64,000 nucleotides of DNA from Methanomassiliicoccaceae archaeon UBA72 (GTDB lineage: Archaea; Thermoplasmatota; Thermoplasmata; Methanomassiliicoccales; Methanomethylophilaceae), in contig DAVO01000012.1 in NCBI GenBank assembly GCA_002509405.1, positions 4,009-68,008 on the forward strand. The letters run 5' to 3'. Numbering within the stretch: the stretch's first letter is position 1; the number at the start of each line of letters is the position of its first letter. Under the pieces are notes generated by a model. It saw nothing but the letters and a program-made list of their open reading frames with translations, did not search any database and was not told where the DNA came from. This document shows positions 33,964 through 43,760 of this stretch, one piece after another. Position numbers and translations under genes: made by a program.

Positions 33964-36566
33964 TCCGGGGCGTCGTCCTCTTTCATGCTCTTTTCCAGTT
34001 CCTTTTCCAGCTTCTTGTTGAACCAGGTCTCGGTGCGTATCGAAAGGAAAGAGAACATCCCGCTGCGGAGAGCGGCCCTGAGGACGAACAGCCATACCAG
34101 GACCAGGCCGATTATCGGGATGTAATATTCCGGCGGGAACACGGCGGTGGAGATCGCCTTGATGACGAAGAAGCGGGTCTCGGGAACGAAGTAAACGCAG
34201 GAGAACAGCAGGAGGAGCAGGCCGACCAGCAGCGTAGGCTTGACGTCTCTGGTGACCCTGCCGTCGACAGATAGGAACCTGTGCATGGGTTGCACGAGCA
34301 GGAGCTCCGCGATCCCTGCGAGCATCACGAAGAACAGCATGGCGTTGCGGGCGTTGATCTCCCTTATGTCGTTCTCGAACATCTCTATCGTTGCGTTCTG
34401 TCCCGCCAGATCCAGGGATCTGACGAGGTCGATGTACGGAATCCCCGCCGATTCGGCCATGGCGTGATAGTCTATGTTTATGAAAGCCCCGGTCCCGAAG
34501 TAGAAGACCAGGTAGATGGCGATACCGAACACCCCGATCAGGAACGCCGACGGTATCGCGAAACGGATCACCTCCGGTAGGACCATATCTCCGTTGTCAT
34601 CCGGCTTCGCCCACAGTGTCATAAGGAACGCGGATATGGATACCGTGAGAAGGGCGTACATTGTGTTCTGGATCGGAAGCAACGGCGAGTTGCCCACTAT
34701 CAGAAGGGCAAAAACGATCAGGAACACCAGGGTGAAGTTCCTGGTCAGATAGACCTTGAGTATGTCCCTCATGCCCGTCACCGTCCTTCTGCCCTCCATC
34801 AGCGCCTTGGGGAGGGCTGCAAAGTTGTCCTTCATCAGGACCATGTCCGCGGCCCCGCGGGCAGCTCCGCTCCCGCTCTCCAAAGCAATGCCTACCTGGG
34901 CGGCCTTTATGGCCTTGACGTCGTTGACCCCGTCGCCAACCATGGCCACGTACCGGTTGCTCAGTTTCAGGGTATCGATCACGACCTCCTTGTGGTCAGG
35001 TCTCATGCGTCCGAATATGTTCGTGGAAAGTATGGCATTCGTCCTCTCCCTGCCATCAAGGGCGTCCAGCTGTTCCCCTGATATTATCTTCCTCTCCCCC
35101 GGTATCTCGGCGATGCTGAAAAGTGCATTCACAGTCTCCGGGTCGTCTCCGGATATGACCTTTATGTCGATGCCGTTCTTCATGAAGATCTCCATCGTCT
35201 CCCTGCAGTCGGCGCGTATCTCGTCGGCGATGGCGGCCACGCCTATCACCTCAAGGCCGTTCGGGATCGTCGGTTCGTCTCCCTCGAAAAGTCCGCCCTT
35301 CCCCTCGCACAGCACAACGTTCCTGAGGCCCTGCCTGGAAAGCGTGGCGACGGTCCCCTGTACGCTTTCGCCGTCGGCGACCTTTCCCTTGAGCATGTCC
35401 CATGCACCCATGACCACCACTTGATCCGCCCCATCCACCATCGTCCTTACGGCGCTGTACTTTCTATCGGAGGAGAATTGAATTTCTTCAATCAGATCGC
35501 TCCTTTCGGACCCGAATTCGGCCTCCAGCACCTCAACGGTGCGGTTGCGGCTTCCGGTGGAGCCCAAGAAGACCCTTATCAATTTCCTGGCTTCGGTTTC
35601 GTCCATCGAGAAGTACATTTTCTTGAATATCAGACGGTTTGTGGTTATGGTCCCCGTCTTGTCCATGCAAACAGTGTTAACATGGCTCATCGACTCGACC
35701 GAGTTGGACCTCTGAAGGAGGACACCTGTGTCGGCCATCCGTATGGCCACTATCATGTAGGTCAGCGTTATCAGCAGGAAGAGCGCGATAGGTACGATGT
35801 CGAGTATGATGGTGGCTGTCTTCAGGAGCTCGTTGAGGGTGGTGCTGGCCCCCGAAACCAGCTTGAGGACTGTGTAAATGACCAGTATTAGCGCTGCGAC
35901 CGAGATGAGGAGCTGCGTCACGGCAGTCGTCTCCATCTGCAGAGGCGTCTTCTTTTTCTTGTAGCTGCGGGCACTGACCAGCATCTTAGAGGCGTAGGTA
36001 TCGGATCCAAGTGCCGAGGCCCTGTAGTACGCCTCCCCCGTCACGCAGTAAGAGCCGGAGAATATCGTGTCGCCCATATGTTTCCTCACGGGGCTGGACT
36101 CTCCGCTCAGGGCGGCCTCGTCCATCTCCAGCGACCGCATCTCTATGAGCTCGCCGTCCACGAGCGCCTGGTCGCCGGAGGTCAGGCGTATTACGTCGTC
36201 CATGACGATCTGGGACTGGTCTATCTCGACCTCCCTGCCGTCCCTTATCACCGTGACCTTGGGCCGGAGGAGCAACGCTATCTTGTCCAGTCTGTGCTTG
36301 GCCTTGATCTCCTGCAGGGTCGAGACGAGTATGTTCAGCGCTATGATCCCCGTGGCGGAGATGGCACTTGTGTACTCCTGCAGAAGATAGAGCGCGACGC
36401 CGAGCAGCATGAGTATGAGGTTGAACCAGTTCAGGAAGTTCTCGACGAATATGTCCCTGTAGCTCCTGCTGACAGATGACTCTACCCTGTTAACCAAGCC
36501 AGAAGCCCTTCGCTGATTCACCTCATCGGCGCTAAGGCCGCGGACCGCCATGAAACGTGAACCCAA
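33951..36566 (-). CDS. Cation-transporting P-type ATPase
   Basis: DKTGTITTN is the phosphorylation site. TGES-like ALSGESSP, the GDGVNDVKAIKAA hinge and about 10 TM segments are present. Confidence 0.88.
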   Translation of the reverse strand: MGSRFMAVRGLSADEVNQRRASGLVNRVESSVSRSYRDIFVENFLNWFNLILMLLGVALYLLQEYTSAISATGIIALNILVSTLQEIKAKHRLDKIALLLRPKVTVIRDGREVEIDQSQIVMDDVIRLTSGDQALVDGELIEMRSLEMDEAALSGESSPVRKHMGDTIFSGSYCVTGEAYYRASALGSDTYASKMLVSARSYKKKKTPLQMETTAVTQLLISVAALILVIYTVLKLVSGASTTLNELLKTATIILDIVPIALFLLITLTYMIVAIRMADTGVLLQRSNSVESMSHVNTVCMDKTGTITTNRLIFKKMYFSMDETEARKLIRVFLGSTGSRNRTVEVLEAEFGSERSDLIEEIQFSSDRKYSAVRTMVDGADQVVVMGAWDMLKGKVADGESVQGTVATLSRQGLRNVVLCEGKGGLFEGDEPTIPNGLEVIGVAAIADEIRADCRETMEIFMKNGIDIKVISGDDPETVNALFSIAEIPGERKIISGEQLDALDGRERTNAILSTNIFGRMRPDHKEVVIDTLKLSNRYVAMVGDGVNDVKAIKAAQVGIALESGSGAARGAADMVLMKDNFAALPKALMEGRRTVTGMRDILKVYLTRNFTLVFLIVFALLIVGNSPLLPIQNTMYALLTVSISAFLMTLWAKPDDNGDMVLPEVIRFAIPSAFLIGVFGIAIYLVFYFGTGAFINIDYHAMAESAGIPYIDLVRSLDLAGQNATIEMFENDIREINARNAMLFFVMLAGIAELLLVQPMHRFLSVDGRVTRDVKPTLLVGLLLLLFSCVYFVPETRFFVIKAISTAVFPPEYYIPIIGLVLVWLFVLRAALRSGMFSFLSIRTETWFNKKLEKELEKSMKEDDAPDQGE

Positions 36567-36571
36567 TCCGC

Positions 36572-39460
36572 TTATAAAATCATCTGTACAGCCGATTCAA
36601 TTTCTTCTCTGGGTATTGGTTCGAATTCAACCCTTTCGCCTATCGATACGAAGTCGATGACACACCTCGCCGGCCTCTTGTAGTAGCCCTCCGCCGCAAG
36701 TGCGTAGACGCTCAGCTGAAGCATGTATGCGTCCATGTTGTTTTTTGACACGTCGGTCTTGTAGTCATGCACCTCTATACGGTCCGGATAAAGTGCCAGA
36801 AGGTCTATGTAACCGCTGAGGGAAACGCCAAGTCCGTTAAGGGGCAGCATGCAATGGACCTCTGCCAGTACGAGGTCGGCGTCGGCGACGGATGCAAGGA
36901 CCTCTTTCACGGCGGGGGTCTCGGGATATTTCTCCCTAGGCTCGATGCCCTTGGCCAGTCCCTCCGCGGCCGCATGGATCTTCTTCCCGTACTCGATCCC
37001 CTTCCCCGAAACCTCGTCGGCGCCCTCCTCCGGCGGACCGCCTTCAAAGACCATTATGTCATGGACCCCTATGACCTTGCGACGGGATTCGTACGGCGCA
37101 GGAACAGGCATAAGGATGTTCCTGTCCTTCTCAGCAAATGCGGGCGCAGGCAGGTCCCCTATGGTTCCCAGGTATTTGTCCCCAGACAGCCCCGAGATGA
37201 ATTTGGAGGGCTCGTCCCCGCAGATCATAGTGACGTATTGCTTCGCCCTCGAGATGGCCACGAAAAGGGTGCGGCGCTCTTCGCTGTAGTCTCTGTCTGC
37301 GGCGGTCCTTACCAGTAATGTCTTCCAAGAGCATCCCTTTCTGACGAAACCTCCGTCGGAAACCAGCTCCGTGGTGCATCTCACGCCCTCTGTCTCGTTG
37401 AAATATATCTCGTAATTGTCCTGCGTATAGTTGGGTATTATACGGTTATCCAGCCTGGGTATGATCACTATCGGGTATTCCAGCCCCTTGGATTTATGCA
37501 TGGTCTGGATCAAAACGGCGTCGGAGTTCAGGTCCGCATCTATGCTGTATTTGTTTTTCTCGGCGATGTCGCTCTCGATCATCCTTATCATGTCCGATAT
37601 GGTGATCAGGGAGGAACGGTGGGCGGACGAAAGCGTGGTGATGATCGCCTGCGTGACGTCGTTGTTGAGTCCGTAGTATGAAAAAACAGACGATATCAGA
37701 TTGGTCGGCCTGCGTTTCTTCCTTTCCAGGTCATCCCTCAGTTCCGCGACCTCCTTGGGTACATCCGCGAAGTTCCCCCGGTCGCCGCGGACTATCTTTC
37801 TGACGTCCTCCAGGCCATACTCCATATCGGAAAGGATCCCCACCAGTCCCCAGGGGTCTGTCCTGTTGTTTATGAATTTCAGCCATGCGAGCAGCAGCTT
37901 TCCCTCTCTTGTGGACATTATCTCCACGTCCCCCTGCAGGAAAGCATCCACTCCTCTCGCCCTAGCCTCATCGTAAACGGCGCGGCACATGCTGCTGTTT
38001 CTGCAGATCACAGCGATGTCGCCGTACCTGGGCCTTCTGGCCTCTGTGCCCTCGTGCACAACGTAGTCGCCCGTCACATATTCTATGATCCTGGAGACCG
38101 TCTCCTTCGCCTCTTCGGAAGTCGGCACTTTGACATATCTCACGTGGGTGTCGGTCCCGATGGTGTCGTCGCCCGACGTCAGTTTAGTCACGGTTTCCGG
38201 GTCGAGGGAGACGGTCTCGTCATTGGTCCCCGGCAGACTCAGAACTGCGAACGAGGCGTCGATGATCTCCTGGGAGCTGCGATAGTTCCTGTCCAGCGAG
38301 AGCCTTGTGACCGCAGGTATCCTGAAAGGGATGCGCTCGGTGTCGTCGTTGAGATAAGCGTGCATGGCCACCGCCCGCCGCTCGAAATCGATTATGTTGT
38401 CGATCGATACGAACCTGAACCCGTATATTCCCTGTTTCCAGTCGCCCACCACGCAGAGGTTGGGCTCCTTGAGCAGCATCAGGGCGATCATCATCTGATT
38501 CTCGTTGGTGTCCTGGAATTCGTCTATCATCACGTACCTGCAGGACATTCTTTCCCTGACCCCGGCGCTGACATAGAGGATGATGAATGCGAACACGGAG
38601 TTCAGGCCGTAGGTCAGACGGTCGTCCGCGACCGAACGGCGTATGTATTCGTAGTATACGTCGTGAACGAACCTCAGGAGTTCGGACCTGTCGTCTTCGG
38701 CCGCGGATCTGATTATTTCCGGAGTCACATCTTCTTCCGTAGAAAACAGCGGCATTTCGGGAGAGAAAATCGTCCCTTCCTTGATTTTTTTGGAGACCGC
38801 GTTTATCAGCTTTTTCTTCTTCCTGGCATCGAAGTTCAGCCGCTCGACGGAAGAGGCGTCTCTGCCGATATCTCCCTCGAGGTCCTCCCCCTCTCTTCCT
38901 CCGAACCATCCCTTGCTCAGAGGCACTATGCCTTTGGCCATCAGTTTGTTGATCAAAGCATACATATGGGAAGGCAGAGTGCTGGAGATGACCGCTATAT
39001 CTCCGTATTCGCTTCCGTGTTCCGCGTTGAAACGGTCGAAGAAGTTGCTGAAATACTCTCTGTTAAGCGTTTCGTTCTCCACAAGCGACGCGCTTCGGGT
39101 GAGCCCCTCGCCGAAACCGAGGAAGTCGCTCACGGATTCAGGGGATTCCTTCACTATAGAGTAGCAGAACGAGTCGAATGTTCCGGCCTGGATGAGCCTC
39201 GTGTCCTTTCCCGTCTCCGTTTTCGCGAGCCCTTCCCTTATGCGCTCCTCCATCTCCGTGGCCGCGTTCTTGGTGAACGTGAGAAGGAGAATGTCCTTCG
39301 TCTGAATCTCAGGCTTTTTCAAAATGTTGATGTACCTGCTCACGACGGTGAAAGTTTTGCCCGTGCCGGGCCCGGCGTCGACCACGTAGAAGCCGTCCAG
39401 CCCTTCGGCGATGGCCTTCTGGGAATCGTTAGGTTCTTTAGCCATCGTATTCCCCCTCAT
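36572..39460 (-). CDS. AddA-like UvrD/PcrA-family helicase with a C-terminal PD-(D/E)XK nuclease domain
   Basis: The helicase motifs are DAGPGTGKT, MIDEFQDTN and TMHKSKGLEYPIV. The C-terminal nuclease motif is GYIDLLALYPDRIEVHDYKTD. An alternative Met start is at 39445. Confidence 0.8.
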   Translation of the reverse strand: MRGNTMAKEPNDSQKAIAEGLDGFYVVDAGPGTGKTFTVVSRYINILKKPEIQTKDILLLTFTKNAATEMEERIREGLAKTETGKDTRLIQAGTFDSFCYSIVKESPESVSDFLGFGEGLTRSASLVENETLNREYFSNFFDRFNAEHGSEYGDIAVISSTLPSHMYALINKLMAKGIVPLSKGWFGGREGEDLEGDIGRDASSVERLNFDARKKKKLINAVSKKIKEGTIFSPEMPLFSTEEDVTPEIIRSAAEDDRSELLRFVHDVYYEYIRRSVADDRLTYGLNSVFAFIILYVSAGVRERMSCRYVMIDEFQDTNENQMMIALMLLKEPNLCVVGDWKQGIYGFRFVSIDNIIDFERRAVAMHAYLNDDTERIPFRIPAVTRLSLDRNYRSSQEIIDASFAVLSLPGTNDETVSLDPETVTKLTSGDDTIGTDTHVRYVKVPTSEEAKETVSRIIEYVTGDYVVHEGTEARRPRYGDIAVICRNSSMCRAVYDEARARGVDAFLQGDVEIMSTREGKLLLAWLKFINNRTDPWGLVGILSDMEYGLEDVRKIVRGDRGNFADVPKEVAELRDDLERKKRRPTNLISSVFSYYGLNNDVTQAIITTLSSAHRSSLITISDMIRMIESDIAEKNKYSIDADLNSDAVLIQTMHKSKGLEYPIVIIPRLDNRIIPNYTQDNYEIYFNETEGVRCTTELVSDGGFVRKGCSWKTLLVRTAADRDYSEERRTLFVAISRAKQYVTMICGDEPSKFISGLSGDKYLGTIGDLPAPAFAEKDRNILMPVPAPYESRRKVIGVHDIMVFEGGPPEEGADEVSGKGIEYGKKIHAAAEGLAKGIEPREKYPETPAVKEVLASVADADLVLAEVHCMLPLNGLGVSLSGYIDLLALYPDRIEVHDYKTDVSKNNMDAYMLQLSVYALAAEGYYKRPARCVIDFVSIGERVEFEPIPREEIESAVQMIL

Positions 39461-42182
39461 CTGTTACGGCGGCAGGTTCCCGTGTGCAGACCGAAAAGAA
39501 ACAGCATTTCGTGCAGTCTTTACGGGGTTTAGGTTCGAAACCAGATCCCATCTTTTTCGATGCGGCCGCATGGTCATCGTTCAGTTTCTCAAGGAAAAGG
39601 CCCATGGAGTCCGAAGGGATGAACACTTCCTCTTTCACGATCCAGTAGTCCTCCTTCAGATGTTTGCAGAGTTTCCTCAATGCTTTGGTCACATAATCTG
39701 TTTTCACCTTCCCCGGCTTCATTCCGAGGGAAGACAACACGGACGCGACGAGTGCAGCGTCTCCCTCCCAGTCCTCGGGTCGGAGTCCGGAGGATAGCAA
39801 AGGCGACACGAAAGAATCCCATTTCTCATACATAGGCAACAGGGATTTCGTACCGTCAAAGAGCTTTCTCAACTGTGAATTCGGGTCGGCCATAGCCTCT
39901 CTTTTTGTTTCTTTCATCAGATGCACATTGACCGAATTGTAACAGACGGTCTCGGTGTCTTTCACGCGTCCGTCGGTCCCGAAAACGTAGAAAAGGCTGA
40001 AAACCGGAGTTCCGCCGCCCAAGGCCTCCCTGGCCAAAGCCAGGTAGATCAGGGGTTGCGTTTCGATGTATTCTGCTTTCTTCGGGTCGAGATTTTTGGC
40101 AACGTCGGTCGCTGCGTGGAAACCGCCGGTCTTGTAGTCGATCAGACAACTCCCTATCGCCAGGTCGAACTTGCCGTATATCGGATATTCGGAGGAGTCC
40201 ATATCTCTCTCCGCGTGGCTGCTGCACATGGCAAGGCCCTCTGATTTCATGAGTTCGTTGGGATATACGCGCGAGGCGTTTTCCACATCCAGGGGGACGG
40301 GCTCTTTCCTGACGCGGTCGATGAAGGTCATCAGGTTCCTCAGGGCCACGCGTATGCGGTCCATGTCCAGCTTCTCCATGAGCGGGCAGGAGAGCCCGGC
40401 GTACGTCTTGCCTATGAGCTCTGCGTAGTGCTCGATGCCGTTTTTAGCGACATGTTTGGGATAGCAGACGTACAACTCGGCGAAAGCATGGATAAGGTGT
40501 CCGAAAGCCGTGTTTTCGTTGTCGGGCGCGGTCACAAGATTTCCGTAGTAGAACGCACGGGGACAGTCGCAGTAATTGTTGTAAGTGGATTTCGTGAACT
40601 TCCATTCGCGCTCCGTGTCCTTTCCGATGATCTCGGTCCCCCTCTCGGGGAACACTTCGGGCGTTTCCTTGTACCAGGATCCTTTCCTTACGGGCGCGAC
40701 ATCTTTGAAGTATGTCACATGGCGTCCTTCCCCTTCAAGCCCGCAGATGCCCTCGAACAGGAAGGTCGGACGGGCCTCTTTTCCCTTCCTCGTTGCGTTT
40801 ATGGCGTAGATGCGGGACGTCCCCTGTTGCAGGAGGACCCTGAACTTCATCGCGTCCTTCTCGGCTTCCGCTTCTCTGTCGATATACTGCCTTCCCACGA
40901 TCCTGTTGCCCCATTCCTCGCCCATACCGATGAATATGACGAAAGGACGGTCGACGAATACTGACCTGTGGCAGTCTGCCAGGAGAACGCCTCTTTTTTC
41001 GCTGTCCGGTATCTGCTCGTTGTGGTGCAGGTCGGATACGTTGTTCACGGCATAATTCATCTCTCCAACCAGCTGAGAGGTCACCTTCCTTCCGGCGAAG
41101 TTCAGCTCGTCGAGCAGCAGGTGGACCTGTGGGACGCTCTTTTTGTTCACCACGAGGTCGCAGACCTCAAGAAAGGTCATTTCCTTCAGGTTTTTCATGC
41201 ATTCAGCCAGTTCCAGCGCTCTCCCTCCGATGTCGGGAAGTCTGGACAGGAGGACGTTGTCGTACCTAGCCCCAACCGTGCCGCCGTAAGCCGAGAATAT
41301 CTCCCTCACGTGCCTGACCCTGACGGTGTCGTAAGACATCCCCAGGGTCAGGAAGCTGAGATAATCTCTGACCTGGGAGAGGTCGCGTACGGTCATCGTG
41401 TTCTTGAACGGTATTCCGCGCCTGTAGAGGGCGGCGCGTACCGCGTCAGCTATCCCGCTCTCCGTATCCATGACAATCGCCACGTCCGTGGCGCGTTCCG
41501 CATCTATGAGTTCGACCACGTTCTCGGCGATCTGCCTGTCGTTGCCTATTTCGTATATCTCTCCGATTTCGTAATTTTCGTCTTCGGCGACAACCTCTAT
41601 CTCATCGTGCCTGATGGGAATGAAATGTTTGTCGAGGTCGTCGAATAGCTCGACGCCTATCACAGCGGTTCTTCTGCCGGCGAACATGTTGTCAGAAATA
41701 ACGTAACCGGACCCTCGGCCCTCGTGGTACGTCTCCGGGACGAAGTCTCCCATGGCCTTTTCCACCGTCGGGAGGGCTCTGTACGAATCGTATACCCTCC
41801 TGGACCTGCGGGAGTACAGGAACTTCTCGACTTCCGACGTATATCTCCTGATGTTCCTGATGTTCTCGACCTCGGCGTGCACGAATTTGAATCCGTATCC
41901 GGTCTCGTCGGAGACCGCGGCGACGACCTCCAGGTCGCTCATCAACGGCAGGCCCAGAATCTGGATCGAAAGGTCGACGGCCAACTGCCGCGGGGTGTAA
42001 GCGAAGCCCCCGATCATCGGCCGGTCTATCCGCCCGTTCAGGGCGGTGGCGAGGGGGGCGTCGTTTGTTATTACGATATCGAAGTCTCTCGCTTCTGCGT
42101 AAATCTCGTCGATGCTCTTGGTCCTGTACATCCGACGCTGAATCGTCCGGAGGATAGTAATCCTTTCTATCGAATCCAGCAA
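39438..42182 (-). CDS. AddB-like subunit: degenerate helicase-like N-region plus a PD-(D/E)XK nuclease with an Fe-S staple cysteine pattern
   Basis: GKFDLAIGSCLIDYKTGG is the nuclease core. A Cys in YNNYCDCP combined with C-terminal CTKCCFFSVC (C-x2-C-x5-C) matches the AddB/Cas4 iron-staple arrangement. No intact Walker A is seen. The gene overlaps the addA-like start. Confidence 0.65.
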   Translation of the reverse strand: MLDSIERITILRTIQRRMYRTKSIDEIYAEARDFDIVITNDAPLATALNGRIDRPMIGGFAYTPRQLAVDLSIQILGLPLMSDLEVVAAVSDETGYGFKFVHAEVENIRNIRRYTSEVEKFLYSRRSRRVYDSYRALPTVEKAMGDFVPETYHEGRGSGYVISDNMFAGRRTAVIGVELFDDLDKHFIPIRHDEIEVVAEDENYEIGEIYEIGNDRQIAENVVELIDAERATDVAIVMDTESGIADAVRAALYRRGIPFKNTMTVRDLSQVRDYLSFLTLGMSYDTVRVRHVREIFSAYGGTVGARYDNVLLSRLPDIGGRALELAECMKNLKEMTFLEVCDLVVNKKSVPQVHLLLDELNFAGRKVTSQLVGEMNYAVNNVSDLHHNEQIPDSEKRGVLLADCHRSVFVDRPFVIFIGMGEEWGNRIVGRQYIDREAEAEKDAMKFRVLLQQGTSRIYAINATRKGKEARPTFLFEGICGLEGEGRHVTYFKDVAPVRKGSWYKETPEVFPERGTEIIGKDTEREWKFTKSTYNNYCDCPRAFYYGNLVTAPDNENTAFGHLIHAFAELYVCYPKHVAKNGIEHYAELIGKTYAGLSCPLMEKLDMDRIRVALRNLMTFIDRVRKEPVPLDVENASRVYPNELMKSEGLAMCSSHAERDMDSSEYPIYGKFDLAIGSCLIDYKTGGFHAATDVAKNLDPKKAEYIETQPLIYLALAREALGGGTPVFSLFYVFGTDGRVKDTETVCYNSVNVHLMKETKREAMADPNSQLRKLFDGTKSLLPMYEKWDSFVSPLLSSGLRPEDWEGDAALVASVLSSLGMKPGKVKTDYVTKALRKLCKHLKEDYWIVKEEVFIPSDSMGLFLEKLNDDHAAASKKMGSGFEPKPRKDCTKCCFFSVCTREPAAVTDEGEYDG

Positions 42183-42237
42183 AAGATCCTTTCTATATAT
42201 CGGCGGGATTAACTACTGTCAATGTTCTTCAGGTGGC

Positions 42238-42792
42238 GTGTCCGAACTGTATGTCGTGGAGATCAACGGAGACGGAGAGGCGGGATATCCGCAGAACGTC
42301 GTGGCGGAGATCGGGATATGCAGAGTGGACTTAGGTTCCAAGGATTTCGATACGGTCTACAGCGACGTTGTCCGACTGGACCCCCTGGACATCGGCAAAG
42401 CGTCCCTCGACTGGATGTCCGCCACTTCAGGCATGGACCCGAGGGAGCTGTATTTTGGTTCCCCGGCCTTGGAATTAGCTGCGCATGTAAAGAGCATCCT
42501 TGCAGGTTCGGATGTTGCGTGCTTCGACATCGGCGAGGTTTTTGGTAAATACCTTCTTTACGAACCCTGGGACCTGACCCACGAGGTATCGGTCATGCCA
42601 TCTGTCTCCCTTCGTATACCCAGCAATGCGATTCCCGCACCCGGGACAATGCTGAACGACAGGATCGGATACGCCTATTCGGTGTTGTGTCCCGGCGACC
42701 CCGCCGACGTTGGCGAGGGGAGAAGAGCGATGCATCTGGCACAGATGACATCGCAGATCATCATCGTGCTTCGCTCCCACGGGCTCTATTAA
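42238..42792 (+). CDS. Catalytically degenerate paralogue of the 33358..33963 DEDDh exonuclease
   Basis: It is clearly homologous to the active copy (YVVEINGDGEAGYPQNVVAEIGICRVDL versus YVLDTETTGLKGHPYDVIVDIAVCRVDL; LYEPW versus YHEPW). The Exo I, II and III acidic and His residues are replaced (DTE to EIN, YD to EV, HRAMSD to RRAMHL). Confidence 0.6.
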   Translation: MSELYVVEINGDGEAGYPQNVVAEIGICRVDLGSKDFDTVYSDVVRLDPLDIGKASLDWMSATSGMDPRELYFGSPALELAAHVKSILAGSDVACFDIGEVFGKYLLYEPWDLTHEVSVMPSVSLRIPSNAIPAPGTMLNDRIGYAYSVLCPGDPADVGEGRRAMHLAQMTSQIIIVLRSHGLY

Positions 42793-43238
42793 AAGCGGAA
42801 CATCTTCAGGACCGAGCCGAAATGGGCGTCTGCCAACTGTGCCAGATATGAAGATATGTACAGCACTGCCAAAATTACCAGCAGAAGCAGAAGAAGCACC
42901 CTGGTAAAGGAGCCCGCATCCAACCACCATCCGATGCAAAGATAGATCAAAGCGAAGAGCACAGCTCCGAAAATCAGGAACAGCCAGCCCTTCTCGCTGC
43001 GGTAGTCGAGATATATCCTTCCCAGGCCCTGGAGACCGAATATTCCGGGTATCGCAGCAAGGAGCGTCGCGATCAGCACGCTCTTATCGCCCGGGATCCT
43101 CTCTTCTCTCTCCCGTGGCTTAGGCCCATTCATATCTGGCACATCATCGTTTCTCGGCACGGAACTGTAGCATTTGGGGCATGTGACGCTCAGCGAAGGA
43201 ACAATCTCCCCACAGTTCGGACATCTTCTTTCGGTCAT
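42789..43238 (-). CDS. Zinc-ribbon membrane protein
   Basis: MTERRCPNCG...CPKC is followed by 3 to 4 TM helices. I used the internal Met at 43238, which overlaps the upstream thioesterase stop. Confidence 0.55.
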   Translation of the reverse strand: MTERRCPNCGEIVPSLSVTCPKCYSSVPRNDDVPDMNGPKPREREERIPGDKSVLIATLLAAIPGIFGLQGLGRIYLDYRSEKGWLFLIFGAVLFALIYLCIGWWLDAGSFTRVLLLLLLVILAVLYISSYLAQLADAHFGSVLKMFRF

Positions 43239-43669
43239 CTTTTCTCTCCAAGTTTGAAACCTGTGCAAACGGCGGAAGCTATCAGCCTGCCGCCGCCGAA
43301 CACCTTCACGTCGTAGTCGGCCATCGAACGGGAATCGTTGATCAATACGGCCTCGGCCGTCAGCGGCCCCTCCGTAGCGGGCCTATAATAGTGCACGCTG
43401 CACGACTGGCCGACGGCATCGCATCCTATATTGCACGCCACGCAGAAAGCATGGTCTATCAGCCCGAAAGTCGCCGCGCCATGGACGAACCCTAGGCTGT
43501 TCAGAATCCTTCCGCATATGGGCATCTGCGCTACCGTCTTCTCTTTCGACACGTATATCAGAGTGATCCCCAGCTCTGTGGCGAAAGGGGCCTTGGACAT
43601 GGATTCGATTCGGTCCATATCGTACCTGCAGCTCTCTTCGGTTATCGAAAGCAGCTCTGAACGGTCCAT
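43235..43669 (-). CDS. PaaI-family hotdog-fold thioesterase
   Basis: LNSLGFVHGAATFGLIDHAF...VHYYRPA...AEAVLINDSRSMADYDV fits the PaaI/YbgC-like pattern. Confidence 0.75.
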   Translation of the reverse strand: MDRSELLSITEESCRYDMDRIESMSKAPFATELGITLIYVSKEKTVAQMPICGRILNSLGFVHGAATFGLIDHAFCVACNIGCDAVGQSCSVHYYRPATEGPLTAEAVLINDSRSMADYDVKVFGGGRLIASAVCTGFKLGEKR

Positions 43670-43760
43670 GCCGAAATATATACAGTACCGTATTTAACCG
43701 GAACGCAGTAAACCGCTATACGGCACAACAAATTAAAGCGGTTCGAGCCATGGGGGTGGC

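Noticed and set aside
33250-34095. 281-aa minus-strand ORF
   Set aside because: It is antisense to the DEDDh exonuclease gene, has His/Arg/Val-rich shadow composition, and overlaps the true P-type ATPase C-terminus out of frame.
38054-39532. 492-aa ORF on the plus strand
   Set aside because: It is antisense to the addA-like helicase, whose motifs are unambiguous. Its composition is that of a shadow frame (Arg/Gly/Val/His rich).
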